DNA of 64,000 nt from an uncultured Bacteroidales bacterium. Its GTDB lineage: Bacteria; Bacteroidota; Bacteroidia; Bacteroidales; VadinHA17. Positions 43,184-53,700 of the stretch are shown piece after piece. The DNA is taken from positions 788,097 to 852,096 of the forward strand of contig CAVZVF010000001.1 in NCBI GenBank assembly GCA_963778605.1, written 5' to 3'. Below the pieces are notes generated by a model, which was given only the letters and a program-made list of their open reading frames with translations, searched no databases and had not been told where the DNA came from. Position 1 is the stretch's first letter; every line of letters starts with the position of its first letter. The position numbers and the translations under genes were made by a program.

Positions 43184-44533
43184 TTATAACTTAGGTTCCC
43201 AACCCGGTTCATACTCCCGCTTCCAAAGTTTCATTGCATCGCGGTCGAAAATATGCCCACTTGAAGGATCAACTTCCAGAATTGGCTTATTGACTCTGTA
43301 TGCTATATTTGCCAGATGATCCAGCAAAGTACTCTTTACACCATCTGTTATAGGAGCTTTCAATTTTGCCTTGCCGCGGATGGCATCAAAGAAATTTACA
43401 ACATGCAGGGTTGACATATCCCCTCCGCCGCCTAAAACGTTACCGGCTTCAGTACCCTTGGATTTCCTGGTCTTCAGACTTTTCCCAAGCCGGTCAAAAA
43501 GTTCGTATCCGTCCCTGTTAACAAATACAGAACCTTCTGACCCGTAAATTATTGTTCCTCTTCCTGATTTGGAATAAGTTCCATAGCCATTACGGCTTTT
43601 CCCGTCCCATTTAATAACTTTGTTACCAGGGAATCTGAATGTCGCATACATTGTATCGAACATACTCCACCCATCATCCAGAAAGTGGCGTTTGTCAGCG
43701 TTAACCATAACCTGTTCCGGAATATCTGTTTGAAGTGCCCAGCGGGCGACATCCAGTTCATGCGTTCCATTGTTCCCGGTTTCAGCGGTACCAAAATCCC
43801 AACCGTACCAATGCCAGTTATAGTTCCATGTGTCATGCATATAAACTTTCCTTGGAGATGGTCCCTGGAAAAGGTTCCAATCTAATCCATCGGGTACCGG
43901 TGCTTTTTCCGGTACTACAACCCTGCCCCTTGCATCAGTGTAAAAAGCAACCGCTTCATAAGGTTCCCCGATAACTCCATTATGGATTTCACCTATAATT
44001 TCAATTGACTCAGGGGCCGAACGTTGCTGTACACCCATTTGCATTACCTTCCCGTATTTATCCTGAAATTTTACCAGGAGCTCCCCCTCATACGGATCAT
44101 GGCTGCAAGGTTTTTCAACGTACACATGTTTCCCTGCCTCGACTGCCATGCAGGCCATGGGTGTGTGCCAGTGGTCAGGGGTTGCATTAAATATAGCATC
44201 AACTTTAGGGTCATTGAGTATTTTCCGGAAATCATTTTCCAGGGCTGGTTTGTAATCAATTAGTTTTGAAAACCTCATTGCAGCATTTTCACGCTGACTT
44301 TTCATCACATCGCAAAGGTAAGACAGTTCAACATTGCTCTCTTTTTTAGAGATAGGTTCTGTATAGGCACTCAGACGTCGCCCTAACCCGGCAATTGCAA
44401 CATTAAGCCTGTCATTTGCACCAATTATGCGGGAATAACTTCTTGCACTCATACTAAAGGCAGTTCCGCCTATCGTTATACCAGCTGTGCCAACTGTGGC
44501 TTTTTTAATGAAATCTCTTCTGTTTGTTCTCAT
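43184..44533 (-). CDS. Tat-exported Gfo/Idh/MocA oxidoreductase
   Basis: NRRDFIKK Tat motif; TPDHWH, GKHVYVEKPC and NNGTHELD motifs. Confidence 0.92.
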   Translation of the reverse strand: MRTNRRDFIKKATVGTAGITIGGTAFSMSARSYSRIIGANDRLNVAIAGLGRRLSAYTEPISKKESNVELSYLCDVMKSQRENAAMRFSKLIDYKPALENDFRKILNDPKVDAIFNATPDHWHTPMACMAVEAGKHVYVEKPCSHDPYEGELLVKFQDKYGKVMQMGVQQRSAPESIEIIGEIHNGVIGEPYEAVAFYTDARGRVVVPEKAPVPDGLDWNLFQGPSPRKVYMHDTWNYNWHWYGWDFGTAETGNNGTHELDVARWALQTDIPEQVMVNADKRHFLDDGWSMFDTMYATFRFPGNKVIKWDGKSRNGYGTYSKSGRGTIIYGSEGSVFVNRDGYELFDRLGKSLKTRKSKGTEAGNVLGGGGDMSTLHVVNFFDAIRGKAKLKAPITDGVKSTLLDHLANIAYRVNKPILEVDPSSGHIFDRDAMKLWKREYEPGWEPKL

Positions 44534-44582
44534 TTTTGAATATCATTTTTAATTGACTCATTTTTTCAATCCTAAAAATACT

Positions 44583-45173
44583 TTATTCTTAATAATAATA
44601 TCAGTTTTCCTTACAGAAAAAGAGTCGTTCCATGAAAATAACAGATTGAAGGTTTTTCCATTTTTGCTCGTCCACCTGACAGGAAATAATGACGTCTCTC
44701 CAGAACCAACATCCCAGTATCTAGATTAAAACACTGTGTTCCAGGGACCTCAGGCTTCAGGTGCTTCATTTATGCCAAATCCTCCCTGAAAACCGGAGCA
44801 CTAAGGATCTTTGATATTGGGAAGGAACTGACACCATAAATAACGTTTCAGACCCGGATTATATATTCTTCCTGACCCGTAACAAGTTGTTTTCCCGCAT
44901 TCCATCACTCATTGTACCATTCCAGAATGATCTTGACATTTCTTATGATCAGCAGCGAGGTGGTTTTGTGGTTTGCGAGAGTTCCACTCATTGAATTGGG
45001 TTTTTTGGATGAAAAACCTTCATTTTCAGGTGATGTAATTTTACACCCCTGGGATTGTCCGCGGACTCCAGTGAAAAGCAATACCGGAATAAGTATGCTT
45101 ATGCTATACTTTACACAAAGAGAAAGTACCTGAAGTGAACGATGAATTTACTGGTTATCTGATTTGTCTCCAT
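44583..45173 (-). pseudogene. Internally deleted, degenerate paralog of the 54278..56461 gene
   Basis: 44590-44885 aligns with 54285-54578 and 44886-45120 with 56188-56420; reads TSPENEGFSSKK...HKTTSLLIIRNVKIILEWYNE*WNAGKQ with in-frame stops. Confidence 0.9.
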
Positions 45174-45206
45174 GCTTTTCTTTACTAAAGATCACGGGTC
45201 AGCGTT

Positions 45207-46472
45207 TTATTTATTTAATTCATTCCTCCAGAAATCAAGGTGGTAAACAGGTCCGTCTGTATTCCATACCTTGGATACGATATCCATATCGCCATCCTGG
45301 TCAACATCTCCGGCCTGGGCATCGTGCCATCCCGGATTACCTGTATGAATAACATATATCTCAAACATAGGCTTCCTGCCTCCCAGGTTATACCATATAA
45401 TCCCGCGAGGCTTTAAACCTCTGGGCTTCATAGCAACTTTTCCACCGGCTTCCATGTAGGTGTCAGGGTCTTCCTGTTCACCTGCAAAAATATCCGGGTA
45501 TCCGTCCTGGTTAAAATCGGTGACAATTAAAGAATGGAATGAACCTGTACCCGGAACATTCCCTTCTACAACCGGTGGGTCAGGGAGCTGATGAGATTCC
45601 CAGCTTTTACCTTTTCCTTTATTTTCAACCCAATAAACATGTGAACCACCTGTATCGCAATGGCTGTAAACAATATCATTATTACCATCATTATTAACAT
45701 CAACTATCCATGACCTGATACTTCTGCCATACGACGCATTGGGAATAAACTCAAAAGGCCATTCAAAACGTTTCCAGTTTGTGGACTGATTGCCCGGATT
45801 GGCAAACCAGTAACCCGGTATTATCACGTCAGGGTCATTATCGCCGTCAATATCTCCAAACCCATGGGGCGCAACCCCTCCATGATCATTATTTCCTGAA
45901 CTGATTATGATCTCCCTCATCTGGTTGGAAGTGTTGTACCATGCAATATTATTTCCGTCGTAAATCAGCAGGTCATTCTGGCCATCTCCATCAATGTCAA
46001 CCGTTGTCGCATCATGGCCCCCGGCTTTAAAAAAGAAGACATTCCATGGAGTATCAGGGTTCTTTCCCAGAACTCCGGGATTTTTAAACCATACTCCCTG
46101 GAAAACCACATCATCCCAACCGTCGTGGTCGATATCGATCGGGGTTGTCCCCAGTGTATTTGCAAGGGGATCGGAAGATCCCATCAGGTGAGGGATCCAT
46201 ATCGAGTCGTTCAGTCTGCTATACCAATAGGCTGAGCTGGTATTCCTGCGTGAAACCGCAACATCGAGGTCTCCATCCTTGTCGAAATCAGCTAATGCCG
46301 GACCACCTGTTCCCCATGATGATCCAGGCAGGACTGCATCGATATAGTAATGTTTCCATTGCGGATAATTCTTTTTCTGCGAAAAGGAGCCGGTGTAAAT
46401 ACACAAGCAGAAAGCAGTGAAAAATATTTGTTGCAAACAGTGGTGATAACTGATAAGAGATTTCATTGTCAA
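45207..46472 (-). CDS. Secreted FG-GAP/VCBS repeat beta-propeller protein
   Basis: Seven DxDxDGxxD Ca-binding repeats (e.g. DFDKDGDLD, DIDGDNDPD, DVDQDGDMD). Confidence 0.85.
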   Translation of the reverse strand: MTMKSLISYHHCLQQIFFTAFCLCIYTGSFSQKKNYPQWKHYYIDAVLPGSSWGTGGPALADFDKDGDLDVAVSRRNTSSAYWYSRLNDSIWIPHLMGSSDPLANTLGTTPIDIDHDGWDDVVFQGVWFKNPGVLGKNPDTPWNVFFFKAGGHDATTVDIDGDGQNDLLIYDGNNIAWYNTSNQMREIIISSGNNDHGGVAPHGFGDIDGDNDPDVIIPGYWFANPGNQSTNWKRFEWPFEFIPNASYGRSIRSWIVDVNNDGNNDIVYSHCDTGGSHVYWVENKGKGKSWESHQLPDPPVVEGNVPGTGSFHSLIVTDFNQDGYPDIFAGEQEDPDTYMEAGGKVAMKPRGLKPRGIIWYNLGGRKPMFEIYVIHTGNPGWHDAQAGDVDQDGDMDIVSKVWNTDGPVYHLDFWRNELNK

Positions 46473-46653
46473 TTTATTTAAGCCGGAGCATTCAGGAAGC
46501 TGATTAAAATAAATTTATCATAAATATAGGGATGTATATTAAATGAATTTATTTCCAATAGAACTGATTTATTGAAAGTTACTACAAGAAACGGACTAAA
46601 TGGTGTAATTCACAAATGTTTTCGTCTTTCAACAAAATAGGGATTCAATGGTT

Positions 46654-47439
46654 TTAAATACCTAAAACTCTTTTTGCATTGCCCGACCTTAAAAGTTCCT
46701 TAGTTTCCGCATCGGCTTCATTTTCTCTGAGCGATTCAATGCGTAAGAGTCCTGTCACATAATCAAGGATAGGTGAATGGGTCCCGAAGGCAAACATTTT
46801 TTCTCCAAATATAGCTATCAGTTCGCTTAAATTGGAAATATTCTTACCCGAAGTATCCAATAAGATATTTGTATCTCTGAATAGTTTTGTATCCTCATCA
46901 TTTAGCTGAGTTCCGTTTGCAATATTAAGAACCATGTATTTTGCATCGGGCACTTCTTTGATCAGAGGGATAATATCTTTCAGGCTCCACTCATTGCTCA
47001 GGTCCATCCAGTGTCGTGGTCTGCTGTCAACCATTCTTATGGTCAGCGCCAGGGTCAACCCCTGATCCCTCGCCATCTTTGTGAGCTCAATGCATGCCGG
47101 ATCGTTCAGCTCATAATCATGATACTGCGGATACAGCCGGATCCCCTTCATCCCGAACTTTTTTACACATACATCCAGATCATTTTTCCAGCCTGCATAA
47201 ATAGGATTTATAATACCAAAGGGAAGAAACCTGTTGCGAAACCTTATATCAGAGTTTATTTCTGAATAAAGTTCCTCATTGGATGCATGTGTGTCCTTGT
47301 AGAATATCCCATTCATGTTACTCACCACGGATATATCTACCTCATACTTATCCATCCTTTCAAGCAGTGCCTGACACGAATTGCAATTTGTTTGCTGGAA
47401 TGGCCAGTGGCCGACATTAGAATTAATATCAATTAACAT
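46654..47439 (-). CDS. Amidohydrolase-family TIM barrel with degenerate metal motif, no signal peptide
   Basis: MLIDINSNVGHWPF (no HxH), MKGIRLYPQYH, LDTSG and FAFGTHSP. Confidence 0.75.
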   Translation of the reverse strand: MLIDINSNVGHWPFQQTNCNSCQALLERMDKYEVDISVVSNMNGIFYKDTHASNEELYSEINSDIRFRNRFLPFGIINPIYAGWKNDLDVCVKKFGMKGIRLYPQYHDYELNDPACIELTKMARDQGLTLALTIRMVDSRPRHWMDLSNEWSLKDIIPLIKEVPDAKYMVLNIANGTQLNDEDTKLFRDTNILLDTSGKNISNLSELIAIFGEKMFAFGTHSPILDYVTGLLRIESLRENEADAETKELLRSGNAKRVLGI

Positions 47440-48361
47440 TGTTTCCCGCCTTTCTTAAAATGTTATTAAAGTTTTCAAAAAAAATCTTTTTCTTCTGAGT
47501 ATCATTTAATTTTGAAGCGAGAATTGTACCAACGCTCTGGTAATATGAACTATCTGATCCATAAAACAACCGGTCCTCACCAAGGTATTTAAGAGCAAAA
47601 TCAATCATATTACCTTCGTTATTACTGCCTGAAGTATCCACATAAACATTGGTATAATCTTTTAATGCCTTACATGCATATTCCCAATCGCCTCCACCTC
47701 CTGTATGCGCATACTGGAAAATGGCTTCCGGATATCTTGTTGCTGCTTCCACGAAATCTTCAGGCACAGACGCATTAGGCTGTGTATTGCCATATTTTGT
47801 GCGTTTTCCTCCGACTCCGATTCCGCAGTGGGCATGCATCAGTATTATCATCTTAAGATCAATGAACTTCTCGATAATAGGATAGAATAGAGGGTCGTTT
47901 ATTTTTACCTGGTTATAGACCTTTAATCCAATCATTCCCTTATCAATGCACCTGTTGATTTCTTCAAGTGATTCCTTACCGTATACAGGATTCACAAAAC
48001 AGCTTCCGAGATACCTGTCAGGATACTTCTTCATAGCTTCAAGGACGCTATCGTTGCAGCTCCTGAATTCTTCCGGGGTGGCCAATGATTTACCACCTGC
48101 CGATATAGGTTTGGAAATCTCCAGCTTCTCAATGCCTAATCTGTCAGCAAAATCTAATTGTGATTCGAGGGTACCGACGAGGCCGACATGCTCATGAGCA
48201 TTTATTTTCCTGTACTTCATGACCTCCTTCATTATATCATAATGTGCAGTTGTCATGTTAGCACCCGTAGCTGATTCAGCAATTTTGCTGCCCAGTATCA
48301 AACCCGCTGCTGAAAGAGCAGTATAACTGAAAAATTTTCTGCGGTTTAAAGTTTTTGACAT
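47429..48361 (-). CDS. Tat-exported amidohydrolase (Amidohydro_2)
   Basis: NRRKFF Tat motif; INAHEH, IGLK, LMH, AHTGGG, VDTSGS and YGSD motifs. Confidence 0.85.
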   Translation of the reverse strand: MSKTLNRRKFFSYTALSAAGLILGSKIAESATGANMTTAHYDIMKEVMKYRKINAHEHVGLVGTLESQLDFADRLGIEKLEISKPISAGGKSLATPEEFRSCNDSVLEAMKKYPDRYLGSCFVNPVYGKESLEEINRCIDKGMIGLKVYNQVKINDPLFYPIIEKFIDLKMIILMHAHCGIGVGGKRTKYGNTQPNASVPEDFVEAATRYPEAIFQYAHTGGGGDWEYACKALKDYTNVYVDTSGSNNEGNMIDFALKYLGEDRLFYGSDSSYYQSVGTILASKLNDTQKKKIFFENFNNILRKAGNNVN

Positions 48362-48528
48362 TAAATTACTTTTTACTTGTATTTTTATTAATCACGTTTT
48401 ATACTGAATCCGAAATATATATTTCATTTTTTCAGCAGGTACCTGTCACCTTATTGTTGAGCCAACTGGGCATACCACACCTGTACATTTTCATTTACGT
48501 TATCATCGGTAAATATAATCTTAATCTA

Positions 48529-48673
48529 ATTCTGCTTTGACAGATTAGAAAAATCAACCTGCGTTTGCCCTTAATCCCTAAAGGGAACAGGTTGATTTTT
48601 CAGTTTGCTTCCTTTAGGGTTGGGGCAAACAAACTGAAAAATCGTTGTAAGTTGTAATCTGTCAAAGTAGATC
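48529..48673. mobile_element. 145-bp MITE-like element with interleaved stems (copy 1)
   Basis: TIR tctgctttgacagatta / taatctgtcaaagtaga (16/17), flanked by TA on both sides; near-identical copy at 62082..62225. Confidence 0.85.
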
Positions 48674-48718
48674 TAAATTGTACAAATTTACTAACCTTAT
48701 ATATATGAACCTGAAATT

Positions 48719-49252
48719 TTACTTTATGGTTATTTTCCCTGCTTCATAAATTACCCGGTTCAAGTCGGGACTATCATAACCGTGATTAGTTGCAACGACA
48801 GTAAGGTCAAATTCCCCTGATGCCGGGTATGTATAGAAAGCATACCATCCTGTTTCCATAACCGTTGTGGGCAATCCTTTTGCCTTCACAAGTCCATAGT
48901 CGATAAAACAATCGCTCGCAACAAGAACAGGGTGATCGAACATATCAATTGAATCGATTGTGCTGTTCTTCTTTTTCATAATGGTTCTGATGCCCCCTGG
49001 CCACACTGATACCATGTCTGCCCCGGTATAAACAACAATCTTGATCTTTTTGCCACTGAATATTTCAGTAACAAGTGAATCTTTACCATTTATGTCTGTC
49101 ATATATGTTTCCAGACCGGTTATTACAGGAGCCGATACGTTATCCTCTTTCAAACAGGATATAAGAAAAACGGGAACTGATAATACCAGAATTAATATAT
49201 AAAATATTTTTTTCATAATTATTTGTTTTTTTAAAATAAACTTTTTATCCAA
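48719..49252 (-). CDS. SusE-positioned surface lipoprotein (PKD/Ig-like)
   Basis: Probable start MKKIFY, lipobox LISC, YTYPASGEFDLTVVATN PKD-like motif; directly after susD. Confidence 0.7.
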   Translation of the reverse strand: MDKKFILKKQIIMKKIFYILILVLSVPVFLISCLKEDNVSAPVITGLETYMTDINGKDSLVTEIFSGKKIKIVVYTGADMVSVWPGGIRTIMKKKNSTIDSIDMFDHPVLVASDCFIDYGLVKAKGLPTTVMETGWYAFYTYPASGEFDLTVVATNHGYDSPDLNRVIYEAGKITIK

Positions 49253-50722
49253 TTAATAACCAGGATTTTGTATTAAAGACTGGTCCTTCTCAATCTCACC
49301 TACCGGTATTGGTAATAACAACTGATATTCAGGTATAAGCTCACTTCTCCATATCCTTTTTTCATATTCATTATTCTTCATTAGAATAGCTGAAATATAC
49401 TCAATTGCTTTACCTGTCCTTACAAGGTCAAAATAGCGGTGTCCTTCAAAAGAAAGTTCCATTCGACGTTCATGAAGCATCAGGTCAATATTAAGATCAG
49501 AAGCTACAAGAGGAGCCATATCAACTCTTGCCCTCACCTGGTTTACATAACCCACAGCAGCATCTTTTTGTCCGAGCACCATCAGTGCTTCGGCGTACAT
49601 CAGGAGGGCATCCGCATACCTCGTGATCATATAATTATAATCTGTTCCGACGAGGTCATATTTTGTGATATCTGACAGGGGTGGCATTAATTTCAACGGA
49701 ATGGGAGTTGTAAGTCCATTCAGAGGTGTAAAGCCCGAGTCGACTGAAACTTTATAGCGGGTCCACTCCTGAGACGCAACAAAATCGTCCATCAGGTCTT
49801 TTTCCACTGTGAAGCGACCGTTGCAGGTACTCATATTATAAATAGAATATCCTGTTGTAGTGGACATATTTCTGAAATAATAACTTGGTGAACCAGATGC
49901 CACATTATAATTGATCTCAAAGATTGATTCGGAATTAAACTTATTTGAGGACAGCCATATCTTTGAAAAATCGGGAAGAAGCTCATAGCTGCCAGCCTGT
50001 TTGTCAACAATCAGCTTTTTAAGAGTTGCGGCAGCATTAGCATGGTCATTAATGGTCAGATACACTTTACCAAGCATAGTGAGTGCAGCGCCTTTTGTAG
50101 CCCTGGCTCCTTCACTGGCTATTGCTGCATCGTCTTTACTATAACAGTTAGCAGAAGCAAATTCAAGATCAGGTATAATTACCTTGGAATATATGTCGCT
50201 GACAGGGGTACGCCCTATTCCAAAAGCAGTGCCGGGATCATCAAACCGTTTAACCACCATAGGTACATCTCCATAAATCCTGACCAGGTAAAAATAAGCA
50301 AACGCACGGAGAAATGATGCTTCACCCTTGTATGCAGCAACAGCAACAGCCTCTGCATCATTTTTAGGAAGATATTTATCAATGATGTCAATTATATTAT
50401 TGGCATTGACAATCATTTTATAGAAATTATTCCAGTAAGTTGAAACTGAATTGGTGTTATCCTTGTAGAAAGTATGAAAAACGGTTACACCGAAAGCAAT
50501 TGTTCCTTCCCCTGACATCATGGCGTCAGTGTGAGGCAGGTTATTTACGTCAAAAATAGTCTGTAATGGTTTATAAACTGCCACTACACCTGTTTTTATA
50601 TCAGCAGGAGTTTTAAAGAATATCCCGGGTGCCAGGGTATCCTCAGGTTGCTTGTTCAGAAACGATTCCGAACAGCCAGTCAACATAGTTGTTATTACTA
50701 AAATTGAAAATATGTTTTTCAT
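49253..50722 (-). CDS. SusD/RagB family lipoprotein
   Basis: MKNIFS...LTGC lipobox; GEASFLRAFAYF, RYADALLMYAEA, ERRMELSFEGHRYFDLVR and QNPGY motifs. Confidence 0.95.
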   Translation of the reverse strand: MKNIFSILVITTMLTGCSESFLNKQPEDTLAPGIFFKTPADIKTGVVAVYKPLQTIFDVNNLPHTDAMMSGEGTIAFGVTVFHTFYKDNTNSVSTYWNNFYKMIVNANNIIDIIDKYLPKNDAEAVAVAAYKGEASFLRAFAYFYLVRIYGDVPMVVKRFDDPGTAFGIGRTPVSDIYSKVIIPDLEFASANCYSKDDAAIASEGARATKGAALTMLGKVYLTINDHANAAATLKKLIVDKQAGSYELLPDFSKIWLSSNKFNSESIFEINYNVASGSPSYYFRNMSTTTGYSIYNMSTCNGRFTVEKDLMDDFVASQEWTRYKVSVDSGFTPLNGLTTPIPLKLMPPLSDITKYDLVGTDYNYMITRYADALLMYAEALMVLGQKDAAVGYVNQVRARVDMAPLVASDLNIDLMLHERRMELSFEGHRYFDLVRTGKAIEYISAILMKNNEYEKRIWRSELIPEYQLLLPIPVGEIEKDQSLIQNPGY

Positions 50723-50744
50723 AACGGTAATTCTAATTTTATGT

Positions 50745-53700
50745 TTATAATGAAACATTTATTCCAAAAGATACTATTCTGGTAAGCGGGTATGCCCCGG
50801 CATCAATCCCCTGAGACAATGCTGAACTTCCTGAGGAATTTACTTCCGGGTTATATCCGGGATAATTAGTTATCAGCAATGCGTTCTGGATACTCGTGTA
50901 AATGCGTACCTGACCAAGGTTTAACCTTTTAAGCAGGCTTTTTGGTACTGTATAGCCGAATGAGACATTCTGAAAACTGACGTAAGTCCCGCTAAAAAGC
51001 AATGTGCCTCTGTTTGATGTACCATCCCATGATTTACGGGTCGGAGCAGCATAAAGGGCATCAGTTCTGTCGGGACGCCAGTAATTATCAAAATTCTGGT
51101 AAACAGTGTTAACAGTTCCATTATTTCTGGCCATAACAGATTCCATTTGTGTCATTAGATGATCACCTCCCTTTACTCCATTAACCTGAACCGACAGATC
51201 AAATCCCTTATATTCAAAGGTATTTGTCATGCCCCAGATAAAATCGGGATTAGGTGATCCAATAATGGTATTATCAGATCCATCGATAATCCCGTCACCA
51301 TTGACATCATATAGTTTAGCTGTCCCGGGAGATGAGCGGTACATCCATTTCGGATTACTTGCGTTAACAATCGGATTTGTTTTAACATCTTCCCAATCCT
51401 GGTATGGACCGAGGAAGTAAGTGCCCCATATATTAGCCAGTGGTTTCCCTTCAATTGTGTATGAATTATTACTTATTAGAGGACGTTTGTCTTTTCCTGT
51501 ATTAAGCACCCTGTTCCTGTAATAAGATAAATTAAATGTTGTTGACCAGTTGAAGTTGCCGGTCATGTTCCGTGTCTTTATAAGGTATTCAAACCCACGG
51601 TTCCGCATGGAACCAATATTTACCATGTAGGAACTGAAGCCTGTAATGGTTGGCAATGGCATACTGAACAACATATCTTCGGTCAGTCTGTAAAAATAAT
51701 CAACAGTTAGAGATATCCTGCTCTTCAGCAATTCAACATCCGTTCCGATACTATAGTCGGTAGTTGATTCCCAACCCAGGTTGGAATTGGCAACCCTGCC
51801 GTCAACATAGCCGGGGGAGACTGCAGATCCGGTTCCTAAAACATAGGATGTAGCTGAAAGTGTGGGCAAAGCATTGTAATTGCCAATCCCTGAGTTCCCA
51901 ATGATACCCCATCCTCCGCGGATCTTAAGATCGTTTAATATATCTCTTGAGAGGAGAGAAGAAAGATTTTCGTCGGAAACCCTCCATGCAGCTGAGAATG
52001 AAGGAAAGATACCCCATTTTTTATTAGCCCCGAATTTTGATGAACCATCCCGGCGAACACTACCTGTAAGATAGTATTTTCCGAGGTAATTATACATTAC
52101 CCTGGCAAAACTTCCTATCATTGACTCGCTGGACCGGTTGGTACTGGCATCATTCTGGGAATTTAATATTGTTATAGCCTGGTTCAATGTAGGAACCTGA
52201 TCTGTTGCATAATCATACTTGTTAATGTATGTACTTCTATATGAAGTCTCTTCGACAGAATAGCCTAAGATGGCATTAACAGCGTGCCCGCCAAAGTTAT
52301 GATTATATGTTAAGAAGGACTGGGAGTTCCAATATAGCCTGGAAGATATGTTATTCAATCCCTGAGGTCTTGATGTTGTAGCAGATGTTGTCGGATAAGA
52401 CGTGGGGAGAAAATATGACCGTTCCCAGTTTCTGAATTCAGTATGAAATTCAGAACGTAAAACCAGGTCTTTGTGTAAATTGATCTCTCCGAATATTGTT
52501 GCGAGGTTCTTTACAGTCCTTCTGTTATCCTTAACTAAATTATTGACCAGAGGATTAACAAAGTCAGTAAGGTTCCATTGTTTCCAATCACCTGTCTGAA
52601 ACCCCAAATATTTAGGATCTCCATTTTCATCGTAAGGTCCATATATGGGTGGCATCCTTACTATGTCAAAAAATGCATTTTCTAAACCTGACATAACATC
52701 CAGGTTTTCAATTGTAGGTGCAAGCAATAATCCTGTTTTCAACCAGTCATTTATTTTTAATTCAATGTTCGACCTGAAAGAAAAGCGGCTATAACCGGTA
52801 GAATTCACAATACCATCCTGTTTATAATATCCTCCGGAGATCATATATTTTAAATTTTCCGTGCCCCCGTTAGTGGAAAGTTGAACATCCTGTACTTTTC
52901 CAACCTGAGTAGCCACATCCTGCCAGTCGGTATCATACGGCTGTGCCTTGGTCTCATCTGTAACAGTAATCCACCTGTTATACAGAGTATTACCGGGAGC
53001 CATCGGACCTGCGTTACTTGAAAAGTTAGTCCAGTTATATATTCTTGTCTCATTATCATCAGTCCATTTCCATAACGGAGCATCAGGATTATTTGTACCG
53101 TAATTTGGATCTTCGACAATATAAGCCTGGGCACGGGCATCATCCATAAATTGAAGGAAGTCTTCCCTGTTCAGCACATCCATCCTGTGGATCATCTTTT
53201 CCATACCTGTGCTCACATTTATATTAATTGTAGGTTTACCCATGGTCCCTTTTTTAGTTGTTATAAGAATAACTCCGTTAGCAGCCTGGGCTCCATATAT
53301 TGCACTGGAAGATGCATCCTTCAAAACTTCAATTGATTCAATATCAGCTGTATTAATTGAGTTAAGCGGATTTTCCGTCTGGTTGAAACCATCTTTAAGA
53401 GGAAAACCGTCAATAACTATCAAAGGATCGTTAGAGGCATTAATTGAAGTCATCCCCCGTATTACAATGTTTGATCCTCCGCCGGGTGCATTGTTGGAAT
53501 TCAAGATCCTGACTCCGGCCATTTGTCCTGAAATAGCCTGAGTGAAACTTGATACAGGTTTATCTTTAAGATCTTTGGAAGAAACAGAAGAAATTGATGT
53601 GGAAACGTCTCTCTTTTTTTGTATCCCATAACCTATGACGATTACCTCCTCCAGTCCTACTGCCTCCTCCTGCAGTACAACTTCGACCTGAGTGCGGCCG

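Noticed and set aside
44912-45133. 73-aa plus-strand ORF as a real gene
   Set aside because: It is the antisense of the collapsed pseudogene on the minus strand
48390-48510. Possible gene relic (VWYAQLAQQ*...YFGFSI) next to the 48.5-kb element
   Set aside because: Similarity to any family is too weak to support without a search
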